Below, piece by piece: positions 1-9,765 of a stretch of DNA of 61,949 nucleotides; positions within the stretch are counted from its first letter, which is position 1, and every line of letters begins with the position of its first letter. The position numbers were made by a program, and so were the translations under genes. The notes under the pieces are model-generated. The model did not search any database and was not told the DNA's origin. It worked only from the letters and a program-made list of their open reading frames with translations. The DNA is from Acutalibacteraceae bacterium (GTDB lineage Bacteria > Bacillota > Clostridia > Oscillospirales > Acutalibacteraceae): contig JAZSPH010000063.1 of assembly GCA_045537355.1 (NCBI GenBank), positions 1 to 61,949 on the forward strand, read 5' to 3'.

Positions 1-52
1 CATGCGGTTCATACCCGCAGTGTCACTGGTTCAAATCCAGTTACAGCCACCA
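1..52 (+). tRNA. 3' part of a tRNA with CAT anticodon (Met/initiator or lysidine-Ile2 type); the 5' end lies outside the window
   Basis: Anticodon stem-loop tgcgg-TTCATAC-ccgca, T arm actgg-TTCAAAT-ccagt, acceptor 3' strand and encoded CCA ending at 52. Confidence 0.8.
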
Positions 53-55
53 CCC

Positions 56-131
56 GGCCCGGTGGTCAAGAGGCCTAAGACACCGCCCTTTCACGGCGGT
101 AACACGGGTTCGAATCCCGTCCGGGTCACCA
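56..131 (+). tRNA. tRNA-Glu (anticodon TTC)
   Basis: Acceptor ggcccgg/ccgggtc, anticodon stem ccgcc/ggcgg with loop CTTTCAC, T loop GGTTCGAATCC, encoded CCA. Confidence 0.9.
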
Positions 132-133
132 AA

Positions 134-165
134 ATCCCTTAGACTTTTTGTCTAAGGGATTTTTA
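134..165 (+). terminator. Rho-independent terminator after the tRNA cluster
   Basis: Perfect 11-bp stem atcccttagac/gtctaagggat with a 5-nt loop, followed by a T-run. Confidence 0.8.
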
Positions 166-187
166 CTTTTTAAAAAACGGTGATGAT

Positions 188-859
188 ATGACAACAAAAT
201 TATTCTTTAGTGCAATCACAAAATTTCTTTTGGGAATCTTTTTGGTAGCTTTATTAATCTTTTTACCTGCAGGAAGTTTTTACTACCTAAACGGGTGGCT
301 ATTTTTAGGTGTTTTATTTATACCTATGTTTATTGCAGGAATTGTAATGATGTTTAAAAGTCCCGAACTTTTAAAAAAACGACTTGAAGCAAAGGAAAAA
401 CAAAAAGAGCAAGACCTTGTTATTAAACTTAGTGGTTTTATGTTTTTGTCAGGATTTGTTATTGCTGGTTTGAACTACCGTTTTGGTTGGCACATCTTGT
501 CCAAAAAGATTGTAATTATTGCTGTTATTTTATTTTTTATATCATATATTCTCTACGCCGAAGTTTTGCGAGAAAACGCATATTTAAGTCGCACAATTAA
601 GGTGGAAGAAAACCAAAAGGTTGTGGACACAGGGTTATATTCCATTGTGCGACATCCTATGTATGCCACCACCTTAATTTTATTTTTAACCATCCCTTTA
701 ATTTTAGGTTCTGTCTATTCATTTTTGATTTTTCTTTCCTACCCCTTTATAATCGCAAAGAGAATAAAACACGAAGAGAAATTACTCGAAAACGAGTTGG
801 ACGGATACAAGGAATATTGCAAAAAAATTAAATATCGTTTAATCCCATTTATTTGGTAA
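188..859 (+). CDS. ICMT / phospholipid methyltransferase-family integral membrane methyltransferase
   Basis: 223-aa ORF with several hydrophobic helices and the C-terminal family motif VVDTGLYSIVRHPMY. Confidence 0.75.
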   Translation: MTTKLFFSAITKFLLGIFLVALLIFLPAGSFYYLNGWLFLGVLFIPMFIAGIVMMFKSPELLKKRLEAKEKQKEQDLVIKLSGFMFLSGFVIAGLNYRFGWHILSKKIVIIAVILFFISYILYAEVLRENAYLSRTIKVEENQKVVDTGLYSIVRHPMYATTLILFLTIPLILGSVYSFLIFLSYPFIIAKRIKHEEKLLENELDGYKEYCKKIKYRLIPFIW

Positions 860-870
860 AGAAACTTTAA

Positions 871-902
871 AAACAGCCGTTTTTTATCGGCTGTTTTTTT
901 GT
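871..902 (+). terminator. Rho-independent terminator
   Basis: Stem acagccg/cggctgt followed by a T7 run. Confidence 0.75.
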
Positions 903-989
903 TTTTTCTCTTCGTTTAACAAGCAAATCGGCCTTTGTTACTTTTTCACGAAGTTTTCCCAAAAGTTTTGACAATTTGCCAAAACTTTC

Positions 990-1018
990 TTGACAATATC
1001 TTTTGCAAGATATATAAT
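990..1018 (+). promoter_or_regulatory. Consensus sigma-A type promoter for the oxidoreductase trio
   Basis: TTGACA (990-995), 17-bp spacer, TATAAT (1013-1018), about 58 bp upstream of ATG 1076. Confidence 0.6.
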
Positions 1019-1075
1019 ATATCCTGGATTGATTTTTCTTAAAATCAAATCAAAAATACTAGGAAGGTGTTCATA

Positions 1076-2515
1076 ATGAAGAAAACAGATGTTGTAATCA
1101 TTGGAGCAGGCGCAGTTGGTTGTGCTATCGCACACGAACTGTCAAAATACAACGTAAACGTTATCGTTGTAGACAAAAATGATGATGTAGGCGGTTGCGC
1201 GTCTAAATCAAACAGTGCTATCATACATACAGGCTATGATGCCGCACCCGGCACTTTAGAGTCTCAACTTGTTGTTGCGGCTAACCCCATGTATGACCAG
1301 CTTTGCAAAGACCTTGATATTCCTTTCAAGAGAATTGGTGCTATTCTCCCTGCTGTTAACAACGAGCAGTTTGAAAGATTACCCGAAATCAAGGAAAAAG
1401 CTTTCCGTAATCACGTTTATGACGTGGAATTTAAAACCGGTAAAGAACTTTTAGAAATGGATCCCGAACTCAGTCCCGAGGTTAGAGGTGGATTGTACAT
1501 ACCAAGAGAAAGTATCATTGACCCCTTTATCTTTGTTCAGGCATTAGCTGAAAACGCTGCTGAAAACGGTGTTGAGTTTATCTTAAACGCAAAGGTTACC
1601 GAGATTAAAACCGAAAACGGTAAAATCAAGAGTGTTGTTACAACCAAGGGCGAAATCGAAACCGAGTATGTAATCAACAGTGCAGGTCTCTACTGCGATG
1701 AGATTGCTGAAATGGTTGGCAAAGCCGACTACAAGGTTGTTGCCCGTAAAGGACAATTCTATATTCTTGACAAGAACACCTCCTGCCAAGTTAACCACAT
1801 TATTCTTCCTATCCCCACCAAGGTTACCAAGGGTAAGCTTATGTGCCCCACTATTCACGGCAATATGCTCGTAGGACCTACTGCTGAGGACCAACCCTCC
1901 AAAGAAGATAAGTCCACATCTACCGAAGGATTACAAAGTATTGCTAACGAAGTTAGAAATATGATACCCAACGTTAACCTTCGTGAAACCATCACTCAAT
2001 ACAGTGGTTTAAGACCCAACAGAAATCCCGAAGGACTTCACTTCGATATGTACGAAGACCTCCACGGTTACGTTAACCTTTCAGGTGTTCGTTCTACCGG
2101 TCTTACCCTTTCACTTTCTATGGGTGAATATGTAGTTCAGCAAATGCTTTATTCCGGTGCTGTATTCAAGCTCAGAACCGACTACAAGCCCACCAGAAAA
2201 GGTATTGTTAAGTTCTCTGAACAAACAAAAGAAGTTCAGAATGAACTTATTAAGGAAAATCCCTTATATGGTAACATTATCTGCCGTTGCGAAACCATTA
2301 CCGAGGCTGAAATTGTTGACGCTATCCACAGACCTGTAGGAGCCAGAAGCGTTGACGCTATCAAGCGTAGAGTTCGCGCAGGTATGGGCAGATGCCAAGG
2401 TGGTTTCTGTGGTCCTAAGGTTATCGAAATTCTTGCTCGCGAGTTAGGCGTAAGCACAGATGAGATTAACAAGAATGTTGACGGTTCTTATATGGTAACC
2501 GGTACAACCAGATAA
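1076..2515 (+). CDS. FAD-dependent oxidoreductase, GlpA / glycerol-3-phosphate dehydrogenase-like, with a C-terminal BFD-like [2Fe-2S] domain
   Basis: N-terminal dinucleotide fold VVIIGAGAVGCAIA. C-terminal CRCETITEAEI...GMGRCQGGFC. Start moved from 1067 to ATG 1076, behind a GGAAGGTG RBS. Confidence 0.8.
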   Translation: MKKTDVVIIGAGAVGCAIAHELSKYNVNVIVVDKNDDVGGCASKSNSAIIHTGYDAAPGTLESQLVVAANPMYDQLCKDLDIPFKRIGAILPAVNNEQFERLPEIKEKAFRNHVYDVEFKTGKELLEMDPELSPEVRGGLYIPRESIIDPFIFVQALAENAAENGVEFILNAKVTEIKTENGKIKSVVTTKGEIETEYVINSAGLYCDEIAEMVGKADYKVVARKGQFYILDKNTSCQVNHIILPIPTKVTKGKLMCPTIHGNMLVGPTAEDQPSKEDKSTSTEGLQSIANEVRNMIPNVNLRETITQYSGLRPNRNPEGLHFDMYEDLHGYVNLSGVRSTGLTLSLSMGEYVVQQMLYSGAVFKLRTDYKPTRKGIVKFSEQTKEVQNELIKENPLYGNIICRCETITEAEIVDAIHRPVGARSVDAIKRRVRAGMGRCQGGFCGPKVIEILARELGVSTDEINKNVDGSYMVTGTTR

Positions 2516-2536
2516 TATCGGAAGGGAGCGAATATA

Positions 2537-3799
2537 ATGTATACTATTAAATGTGATGTAGCTATCATCGGTGGTGGTCCTGCTGGTCTCGCTGCTGCTG
2601 TAGCAGCTAAAAAAGAAGGCGCCGAAAAGGTTCTTATCATCGAGCGTGATAATGCTTTAGGCGGTATCCTCCAACAATGTATCCACCCCGGTTTCGGTCT
2701 TACCCGTTTTGGTGAAGAGTTAACCGGTCCCGAATATTACGGCCGTTTCGTTGAAGAGGCTAAAAAGTGCAACGTAGACTATATACTCAATTCTATGGTA
2801 CTTGAAGTTGACAATGAAACCAACTCAGTTTACTGTGCAAACAGCGAATACGGTTTAACCTGCATCGAAGCAGGTAGTATCGTTCTTGCAATGGGATGCC
2901 GTGAAAGAACCCGTGCAAACATCGTTGTTCCCGGTACTCGTCCTGCCGGTCTTTACACTGCAGGTGCTGCTCAACGTCTTATCAACCGTCAAAATATTAT
3001 GGTTGGTAAAAAGGTTGTTATTTTAGGCTCCGGCGATATCGGTATGATTATGGCTCGTCGTATGACTTTGGAAGGCGCTAAGGTAGTTATGGTTGTTGAA
3101 CTTATGGACTATCTTGCAGGTCTTACAAGAAACCGTGTTCAATGTCTTGATGACTTTGGAATTCCTCTAAAACTTGCTCACACCATTACAAACATTGTTG
3201 GCAACCAACGTGTTGAAGGTGTTTATGTTGCTCCTGTTGACGAGAACAAGAGACCCATTAAAGAAAAAGAAGAATTCGTTGAGTGCGATACCGTTCTCTT
3301 CTCTGTTGGTCTTATTCCCGAAAACGAGTTATCCACAAAAGCCGGAATTGCTATCAATAAAATCACAAACGGCCCTGCTGTTAACCAATACATGCAAACC
3401 TCTTGCGAATCTATCTTCGCTTGTGGTAACGTTGTTCACGTTAATGACCTTGTTGACAACGTTAGTGCCGAGAGTGAGCAAGCCGGTAAATATGCTGCTT
3501 TATATGCTATGGGCAAATTCCCCTCTGCTAAGAAGGATGTTACCCTTACAACAGGTAATAACGTAAGATATCTTTGTCCTCAAAGCCTTTCTGTTTCCGA
3601 CGAGGCTGAGAAGATTAACGTTTACTTCCGTGTTCTTCAACCCGAACTTGGCGTTAAACTTGTTGCTCGTTGTGGCGACACTGTAATTGCTCAAAAGAGA
3701 GAATTCCGTGTTAACCCCGGCGAAATGAACCATCTTACCATTGACTCTACCAAGATTGAGGGCAATGACATTACCGTTGAAGTTGTAAAGGAGGGCTAA
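2537..3799 (+). CDS. NAD(P)/FAD-dependent pyridine-nucleotide-disulfide oxidoreductase, partner subunit of the GlpA-like enzyme
   Basis: Two Rossmann motifs, IIGGGPAGLAAA and VILGSGDIGMIMA. Tightly linked to the upstream gene. Confidence 0.8.
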   Translation: MYTIKCDVAIIGGGPAGLAAAVAAKKEGAEKVLIIERDNALGGILQQCIHPGFGLTRFGEELTGPEYYGRFVEEAKKCNVDYILNSMVLEVDNETNSVYCANSEYGLTCIEAGSIVLAMGCRERTRANIVVPGTRPAGLYTAGAAQRLINRQNIMVGKKVVILGSGDIGMIMARRMTLEGAKVVMVVELMDYLAGLTRNRVQCLDDFGIPLKLAHTITNIVGNQRVEGVYVAPVDENKRPIKEKEEFVECDTVLFSVGLIPENELSTKAGIAINKITNGPAVNQYMQTSCESIFACGNVVHVNDLVDNVSAESEQAGKYAALYAMGKFPSAKKDVTLTTGNNVRYLCPQSLSVSDEAEKINVYFRVLQPELGVKLVARCGDTVIAQKREFRVNPGEMNHLTIDSTKIEGNDITVEVVKEG

Positions 3800-3802
3800 A
3801 TA

Positions 3803-4159
3803 ATGAACAAGGAAATTATTTGTACCGTATGTCCCAGAGGCTGTCATATCGCTGTTACAGGCGACGGCAAGAATGTTGCTACATTAGACGGTTATGGTTG
3901 CAAGAGAGGTATCGAATACGCTACCAACGAGTATTCTCACCCTGTTAGAATTCTCACCACTACCGTTAAAATGAAGGGTATCGCAAACGATTTGCTTCCC
4001 GTTCGTTCAAACAGCCCAATTCCTAAGGATAAGCAGTTTGACTGTATGGAAGTTATTCGCAAAGTTGAAGTTGAACTTCCTATCAAAACAGGCGATGTTA
4101 TCGTAAGCAACATTTGTAATACTAATGTTGACATTGTTGCAACAAAAACAGTTGAATAA
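3803..4159 (+). CDS. DUF1667-type small Cys-rich protein, third member of the oxidoreductase trio
   Basis: 118 aa with CTVCPRGC and GYGCKRG motifs. The three-gene arrangement is familiar from Clostridia and Thermotogae. Confidence 0.7.
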   Translation: MNKEIICTVCPRGCHIAVTGDGKNVATLDGYGCKRGIEYATNEYSHPVRILTTTVKMKGIANDLLPVRSNSPIPKDKQFDCMEVIRKVEVELPIKTGDVIVSNICNTNVDIVATKTVE

Positions 4160-4171
4160 TAAAACATAGAA

Positions 4172-4202
4172 AAATCGGGCAGTGTAAACTGCCCGATTTT
4201 TT
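4172..4202 (+). terminator. Rho-independent terminator
   Basis: Stem aaatcgggcag/ctgcccgattt followed by a T-run. Confidence 0.8.
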
Positions 4203-4270
4203 CATATCTATTGACCTTATAATTCTTTTGTGATAAAATTCACTTAATAATACAAAGGAATGTGATAAAA

Positions 4271-5272
4271 ATGAAAAAAATCCTCCTTGATAGTAACAAA
4301 AATTACTACAAAGCAAATCTTCACAGCCACAGCACTAAATCCGACGGTGCTATGACGGTTGAAGAAATGAAAGAATATTATATGGACCGTGGTTACTCTG
4401 TAATAGCCTATACCGACCACGAGCATCTGATTGACAATTCGCATCTTAACGATGAGAATTTCTTGGCTATTACTTCCTGTGAGTTGGATATTAAGGAAGA
4501 CCAAAACTTCTCAACTTCGGTTAAAAGAGAAATGAAGGTTTGTCATCTTAACCTTTTGGCAAAAGACCCTAAAAACATTAAAACCCCTTGTTATAGTTAC
4601 TTTATGGATAAATATATTACCGACGAAATCAGAGACCAGGTTTATCAACCCGAAGAAGATTTCCAAAGAGTATATTCCACCGAAAAAATCAGTGAAATGA
4701 TTAAAACTGCCAACGAACAAGGTTTCTTGGTTACATACAATCACCCAAGATGGTCTTTGGAGAACGCTACCATCTATTTAGGTTACAAGGATATTTGGGC
4801 TGTTGAAATTTACAACCACTCAAGCGAAGTTGGTGGTATTTACGAGTACGACATCAATGCCTATGACGACTTCCTTCGTGATGGTCAAAGATGTGCTTGT
4901 GTTTGTGCTGATGACAACCACAGCGCAGCATCCTCTTGCGGTGGTTACGTTATGATTAATGCCGACAAGTTGGATTATGACACCATTATGAAGGCCCTTG
5001 AAAACCACGATTTTTACGCTTCTACCGGCCCTGTTATCAAGGAACTTTACATCGAAGATGACACTGCATATCTCACCTACGAAGGTGGTATTTATGCTAC
5101 CATTTCAACCAGAGGCCGACGTGCTCAACGTATCGTTGCTGAAAATCCCGACGGTGTGAACACTGTCGCTTTCAAGTTCCTGCCCGACAGCGATGGATAC
5201 ATTAGATTTGATGTTGTGGACAAGGAAGGCAAAAGAGCCAACACAAACGCATATTTCTTAGATGAAATTTAA
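4271..5272 (+). CDS. PHP-domain metal-dependent phosphoesterase
   Basis: N-terminal NLHSHSTKSDG motif and later DHEH, NHP and DDNH metal-ligand-like motifs. Start placed at ATG 4271. Confidence 0.75.
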   Translation: MKKILLDSNKNYYKANLHSHSTKSDGAMTVEEMKEYYMDRGYSVIAYTDHEHLIDNSHLNDENFLAITSCELDIKEDQNFSTSVKREMKVCHLNLLAKDPKNIKTPCYSYFMDKYITDEIRDQVYQPEEDFQRVYSTEKISEMIKTANEQGFLVTYNHPRWSLENATIYLGYKDIWAVEIYNHSSEVGGIYEYDINAYDDFLRDGQRCACVCADDNHSAASSCGGYVMINADKLDYDTIMKALENHDFYASTGPVIKELYIEDDTAYLTYEGGIYATISTRGRRAQRIVAENPDGVNTVAFKFLPDSDGYIRFDVVDKEGKRANTNAYFLDEI

Positions 5273-5275
5273 AAA

Positions 5276-5307
5276 GAAAAAGGTCGCAAATTTGCGACCT
5301 TTTTTTG
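5276..5307. terminator. Bidirectional terminator between convergent genes
   Basis: aaaaaggtcgcaaa/tttgcgaccttttt, with an A-run on one side and a T-run on the other. Confidence 0.8.
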
Positions 5308-5311
5308 TGTT

Positions 5312-6193
5312 TTACAAGCCTTCGTAAAGACCATCTTCCATTTTCTTGGTTATAGCGTCAACCACAACCTGTTTGTCCTCTTTGTATGTTACGCCATACC
5401 ATTTATCTTCGGCAACAAGAACCTTAACATCCTTCTCGCCTTTTTCAATTAATTCAGCAACAATTAATGGTAAATAATACTCGGATTTAGGAGTATTGAT
5501 TTTTTCATCCAAGAAAGCCTTAAAACCGGCTTCAATATAATCAAATAAATCGGTTCTAAATCCCCAAAGATTCATTGAAACAACCGTATCTTCGGGCAAA
5601 GCAGTCCAGGTTGCGCCATCATCCTCAGTATATTTGCAATCCATAATCTTTGTTCTTTCAACAATTGATTTTAAAATACCATTTTCAATTTCGCAAACAC
5701 CACGGGAAACATGTCCGTTTTCGGTCAATGTGTTAGACAAACGGAAGCCTACCATTGCATAATCCGAATTATCTTCGTTTAAGAAATTTGCCATTTGTTT
5801 AAACGCCGAAGGTCCATAGTAATCATCAGCATTAACCACTGCAAAAGGTTCCTTAACAACATCTTTGCAACAAAGAATTGCATGAGCTGTACCCCAAGGT
5901 TTTTCACGTTCGGCAGGGCAGGTATAACCTTCGGGAAGCTTGTCCAACTCTTGGAAAACATACTCAACCTTTACACGAGAAGCAATTCTTTTGCCAACCA
6001 TTTCTTTGAAATCTTTTTCAATGGCGTGTTTAATAACAAAAACAACCTTTGTAAATCCGGCTTTTACTGCATCGTAAACCGAAAAGTCCAATAAAACTTC
6101 ACCATTAGGCCCGATTGGCTCGATTTGTTTTAGTCCCCCGAAACGGCTTCCCATTCCCGCAGCCATAACAACTAAAGTAATATCTTTCTTCAT
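5312..6193 (-). CDS. Sugar-phosphate nucleotidyltransferase (NTP-transferase fold)
   Basis: VVMAAGMGSRFGGLKQ signature loop. Start set at ATG 6193 behind a GGGGA RBS; the 16 codons upstream in the track ORF lack an RBS. Confidence 0.75.
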   Translation of the reverse strand: MKKDITLVVMAAGMGSRFGGLKQIEPIGPNGEVLLDFSVYDAVKAGFTKVVFVIKHAIEKDFKEMVGKRIASRVKVEYVFQELDKLPEGYTCPAEREKPWGTAHAILCCKDVVKEPFAVVNADDYYGPSAFKQMANFLNEDNSDYAMVGFRLSNTLTENGHVSRGVCEIENGILKSIVERTKIMDCKYTEDDGATWTALPEDTVVSMNLWGFRTDLFDYIEAGFKAFLDEKINTPKSEYYLPLIVAELIEKGEKDVKVLVAEDKWYGVTYKEDKQVVVDAITKKMEDGLYEGL

Positions 6194-6222
6194 AAAAAGT
6201 TCCCCTTTTAAAGTATTAATAA

Positions 6223-6849
6223 TTATATTTTCTTTGGACAAAATTCAGCCAAAGTACATTCCGCACATTTTGGTCCTCTGGCAGTACAAACATCTCTGCC
6301 AAATAAAACCGTTCTATGACAAAAGTCATTGGATTTTTCGGGTGGTAAAAGTTTTCGCATTTCCTTTTCCACCTGCAACGGGTTTGTTGTTTTGACAAAT
6401 CCCAAACGATTACAAATTCTTATAAAATGGGTGTCGGTTACAACTGCAGGTTTGCCGTAAATATCGCCACAAACCAAATTGGCAGTTTTCCGTCCCACTC
6501 CCGAAAGTGTTGTTAATTCTTCAATTGTATCGGGCACTACTCCACCGAAATTTTCGGTTATCGCCTTTCCAATTTCCACCAAATCTTTGGCTTTTGTCTT
6601 GTAAAGGCCACAGGTTTTAATCAGTTCCTCTACCCTTTTAATATCGGCATTAGCCATTTTCTCAGCCGTTGGAAATTCTTTGAAAAGTTTAGGAGTTACC
6701 ATATTTACTCGCTTATCAGTACATTGAGCCGAAAGCCTGGTAGCAATAAGGAGTTGGAAAGCATCCTTGTAATCGAGAGAACATATTGCATCCGGATAGC
6801 TTTTTTCAAGCGCCTCTACTGCAGCAATTACCCTATCTTTCTTAAGCAT
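6223..6849 (-). CDS. nth: Endonuclease III
   Basis: HhH-GPD motif LSGVGRKTANLV and a C-terminal C-x6-C-x2-C-x5-C cluster (CTARGPKCAECTLAEFC). Confidence 0.95.
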   Translation of the reverse strand: MLKKDRVIAAVEALEKSYPDAICSLDYKDAFQLLIATRLSAQCTDKRVNMVTPKLFKEFPTAEKMANADIKRVEELIKTCGLYKTKAKDLVEIGKAITENFGGVVPDTIEELTTLSGVGRKTANLVCGDIYGKPAVVTDTHFIRICNRLGFVKTTNPLQVEKEMRKLLPPEKSNDFCHRTVLFGRDVCTARGPKCAECTLAEFCPKKI

Positions 6850-7885
6850 TTAATTTTAAATCTCCAAATTTAATAAGTCCCATTTTTCTCATACCTTCAG
6901 CAATACCAAGGGTTAAAACTGCAGGTAAAATAAAGTGCATTGCAAATATCTCAAGCAAAGCAATTGCCGGGGATACACCGACTGCTACCATACTGTCATA
7001 AGCCATAAACTGACCCACCAAACCTGCCGAACCCATACCTGAGCCCACAGGATTACTTACCATTTTCAAAAGACAGGACGCAACAGGTCCCAAAATTGCA
7101 CTTGAAATAACGGGAGGGAGCCACAAAATAGGCTTTTTAACAAGATTTGGTACCTGAAGCATTGAGGTTCCAAGACCTTGCGCCACAAGTCCACCAAACT
7201 TGTTTTCCCTATAACTCATAACGGCAAATCCCACCATATTGCAGCAACAACCAACCGTTGCTGCACCTGCAGCAAGACCGGTTATACCCATGGAAACACC
7301 TATAGCTGCCGAGGAGATTGGCAAGGTTAAGATAACACCCATTAAAATCGAAATCGCAATACCACCAAGGAAGGGGTATTTCTCAACGTTTATATTCACA
7401 AGGTTTCCAATCCAAACCATTGCGGCTGATATGTAAGGACCTACAAAAAATCCTGCTGTAGAGCCTGCGAAAATGCAACAAAGAGGTGTGACAATAATAT
7501 CAACCTTGGTTCTTCCTGCAACCATAGCGCCGATTTCAACAGCAACATAGGCAGCAATAAAAGCGCCTAAAGGTTCTCCGGGTTTTCCCACAGCAAAAGC
7601 CTCGTTTAAAATATTTGGGAATGCGCCAATCATACCACAAACACCGGCGCAAACAGCAGTCAAAGGGGATGATTTTAATTTACCGGCAACGCCAACGCCA
7701 ATTCCGGCACCGGTTAAAGTTTTGGCTATATTACCCATTGCGTTTAAATAAGCCGCCACTTGATTATCACCCAAAAGAGAAGCTATTTGACAAATAATTG
7801 TACCGATAATAAGTGTTGAAAACAAACCCAAGGCCATACCCGAAAGACCGTCAATAAAAACTCTGTTCAAATACTTCTTAACCAT
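6842..7885 (-). CDS. Polytopic membrane protein, PTS EIIC-like (PTS_EIIC_2-type) permease
   Basis: 347 aa, Gly/Ala-rich with about 10 TM segments. N-terminus FIDGLSGMALGLFSTLIIGTI recalled from the EIIC_2 family. Overlaps nth by 8 nt. Confidence 0.55.
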   Translation of the reverse strand: MVKKYLNRVFIDGLSGMALGLFSTLIIGTIICQIASLLGDNQVAAYLNAMGNIAKTLTGAGIGVGVAGKLKSSPLTAVCAGVCGMIGAFPNILNEAFAVGKPGEPLGAFIAAYVAVEIGAMVAGRTKVDIIVTPLCCIFAGSTAGFFVGPYISAAMVWIGNLVNINVEKYPFLGGIAISILMGVILTLPISSAAIGVSMGITGLAAGAATVGCCCNMVGFAVMSYRENKFGGLVAQGLGTSMLQVPNLVKKPILWLPPVISSAILGPVASCLLKMVSNPVGSGMGSAGLVGQFMAYDSMVAVGVSPAIALLEIFAMHFILPAVLTLGIAEGMRKMGLIKFGDLKLNA

Positions 7886-7986
7886 TTTGAAACTTCCTTT
7901 GTGATATTTTATTATATTATAACAAAATATATCTTAATTTACAATAGTTTACTTGTTTTTTATTAACACTTATGGTATAATTTATC

Positions 7987-8649
7987 TTGGTGATTTATGT
8001 GACAAAGGTTTATGTTGTAAGGCATTGCGAAACCGACGGCAATGCTTTAAAAATATTTCAAGGCCATACCGATAATGATATAAACGAAATGGGCGCCAAA
8101 CAATTAGTCGCTTTGGGACAAAAATTTAAAGATATACCCCTCGACAAGATATATACCAGCCCACTTATAAGAGCGCACAAAACCGCATTGGCAATTTCAA
8201 AAAGCCGAAACACCCCTCTTTTTGCAGACCAAGGATTAATTGAGATTAACGGTGGTGTTTATGAAGGCAAAACTTTCGAGGAACTCAAAAATTCTTATCC
8301 CGATTTTGCCGAAATGTGGGAGTCAAAAACCTGGGAATTCGCTCCCGAAGACGGTGAGACTATGCCCGAGGCTTATGATAGAATTTGGAACACAGTCACC
8401 AAAATTGTAAAAGAAAATAGAGGCAAAACCATCGCCGTTGTAAGTCACGGATTTGTTACTCGTTCCCTCTTTTGCCGAATTTTATATAACGATATAAAGA
8501 AATTCCGCAAACTTGATTATGGTTTTAATACTTCGGTCTCTCTTTTAGAATTCGAAGATGAAACCACACCGAAAATCGTATACTTAAACGATTTATCTCA
8601 TCTGACCGATGACCTTATCAATAAAAACGCAAGGGTGCCGATAAAATGA
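7987..8649 (+). CDS. Histidine phosphatase (phosphoglycerate mutase) family protein
   Basis: VRHCETDGN (RHG-type motif) and VVSHG. The exact start among TTG 7987 and nearby GTG codons is uncertain. Confidence 0.8.
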   Translation: MVIYVTKVYVVRHCETDGNALKIFQGHTDNDINEMGAKQLVALGQKFKDIPLDKIYTSPLIRAHKTALAISKSRNTPLFADQGLIEINGGVYEGKTFEELKNSYPDFAEMWESKTWEFAPEDGETMPEAYDRIWNTVTKIVKENRGKTIAVVSHGFVTRSLFCRILYNDIKKFRKLDYGFNTSVSLLEFEDETTPKIVYLNDLSHLTDDLINKNARVPIK

Positions 8650-9068
8650 TTATAATGTCAGTCGACCTTGGAAAAGCAAGAACCGGAATTGCCGTTTCGG
8701 ACAGTTTGGAAACCTTTGCTTTCCCCAAAACCGTTATTACCGAATATAACAACGAAAAATTAATAGATAAAATTTGTCTTTGCGCCAAAGAATACTCTGC
8801 TCAAATGTTGGTGGTTGGTTTTCCAAAAAATATGGACGGCAGTGTTGGATTTAGAGCCGAAGAATGCGAACAAATTGCAAATGCTTTGCACGAAAAAACC
8901 GGTCTTGAAACTGTTTTGTGGGATGAAAGATGCACGACCGTTTCGGCCCATACTGCCCTTAATTACACCAACACCCGTGGAAAAGACCGAAAAAAAGTTA
9001 TTGATGCCGTTGCGGCGGTTATAATACTTGAAGACTACTTAAGATACAGAAAAAATCGAAAGGACTAG
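8646..9068 (+). CDS. ruvX: YqgF/RuvX putative pre-16S rRNA nuclease / Holliday junction resolvase-like protein
   Basis: SVDLGKARTGIAVSD, VVGFPKNMDGS and WDERCTT motifs; 140 aa. Confidence 0.9.
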   Translation: MIIMSVDLGKARTGIAVSDSLETFAFPKTVITEYNNEKLIDKICLCAKEYSAQMLVVGFPKNMDGSVGFRAEECEQIANALHEKTGLETVLWDERCTTVSAHTALNYTNTRGKDRKKVIDAVAAVIILEDYLRYRKNRKD

Positions 9069-9072
9069 GCTT

Positions 9073-9756
9073 ATGTATAAATTTGAAACCCATCTTCATA
9101 CAAATAATTGCAGTGCCTGTGCCAAGTCTTCACCTATGGAATATATTGATGCCGCGTTGGAACACGACTACAGCGGCATTGTTGTTACAAACCATTTTTA
9201 CCATGGTTGCACAAGGGTTGACCGTAATCTTCCTTGGCGTGATTTTGTTAATGCTTATATTGAAGATTATTTAGAATTTAAGGTGTTAGGCAACCAAGCA
9301 GGCATTACTGTACTTTTCGGCTTTGAAGATGTTATTTCCCAAGGTAAAGAAATGTTGGTATATGGTCTCGACCCCAAATATCTCCTTGAAAATCCGGATT
9401 ATCTATTGATGAGCTTGGAAGAAAAATCTAGATTTATTCACGAACATGGTGGCATTTGTGTTTGTGCTCACCCCTTTAGAGACAGAAGTTACATCCCCGA
9501 CCCCCACACACCACCCAAGGCTGAATGTTATGACGCTATTGAGTGTTTTAATCTTTCTAATACCGTTGAAGCCAATGAAAAAGCCTTTGTTTTCACCTGC
9601 AATAAAAAAATGGTTATGTTTGCAGGTAGCGATGTTCACGATGCCAGAAACTTCGGTCATTCGGGTATTGCATTTGATACCCCCGTTACCGATTACCCCA
9701 CCTTTTTGGAAAAGGTTAAAAAAGGTGACTTTAAAATAATTTATCCTGAATTTTAG
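9073..9756 (+). CDS. PHP-domain phosphoesterase (second paralogue in the window)
   Basis: FETHLHTNNCS, VVTNHF and CAHPFR motifs. Confidence 0.75.
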   Translation: MYKFETHLHTNNCSACAKSSPMEYIDAALEHDYSGIVVTNHFYHGCTRVDRNLPWRDFVNAYIEDYLEFKVLGNQAGITVLFGFEDVISQGKEMLVYGLDPKYLLENPDYLLMSLEEKSRFIHEHGGICVCAHPFRDRSYIPDPHTPPKAECYDAIECFNLSNTVEANEKAFVFTCNKKMVMFAGSDVHDARNFGHSGIAFDTPVTDYPTFLEKVKKGDFKIIYPEF

Positions 9757-9765
9757 GTGAAAAGT

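Noticed and set aside
938-1135. 65-aa minus-strand ORF upstream of the GlpA-like gene
   Set aside because: It covers the consensus promoter and RBS of the plus-strand operon and overlaps its start. It has no RBS of its own.
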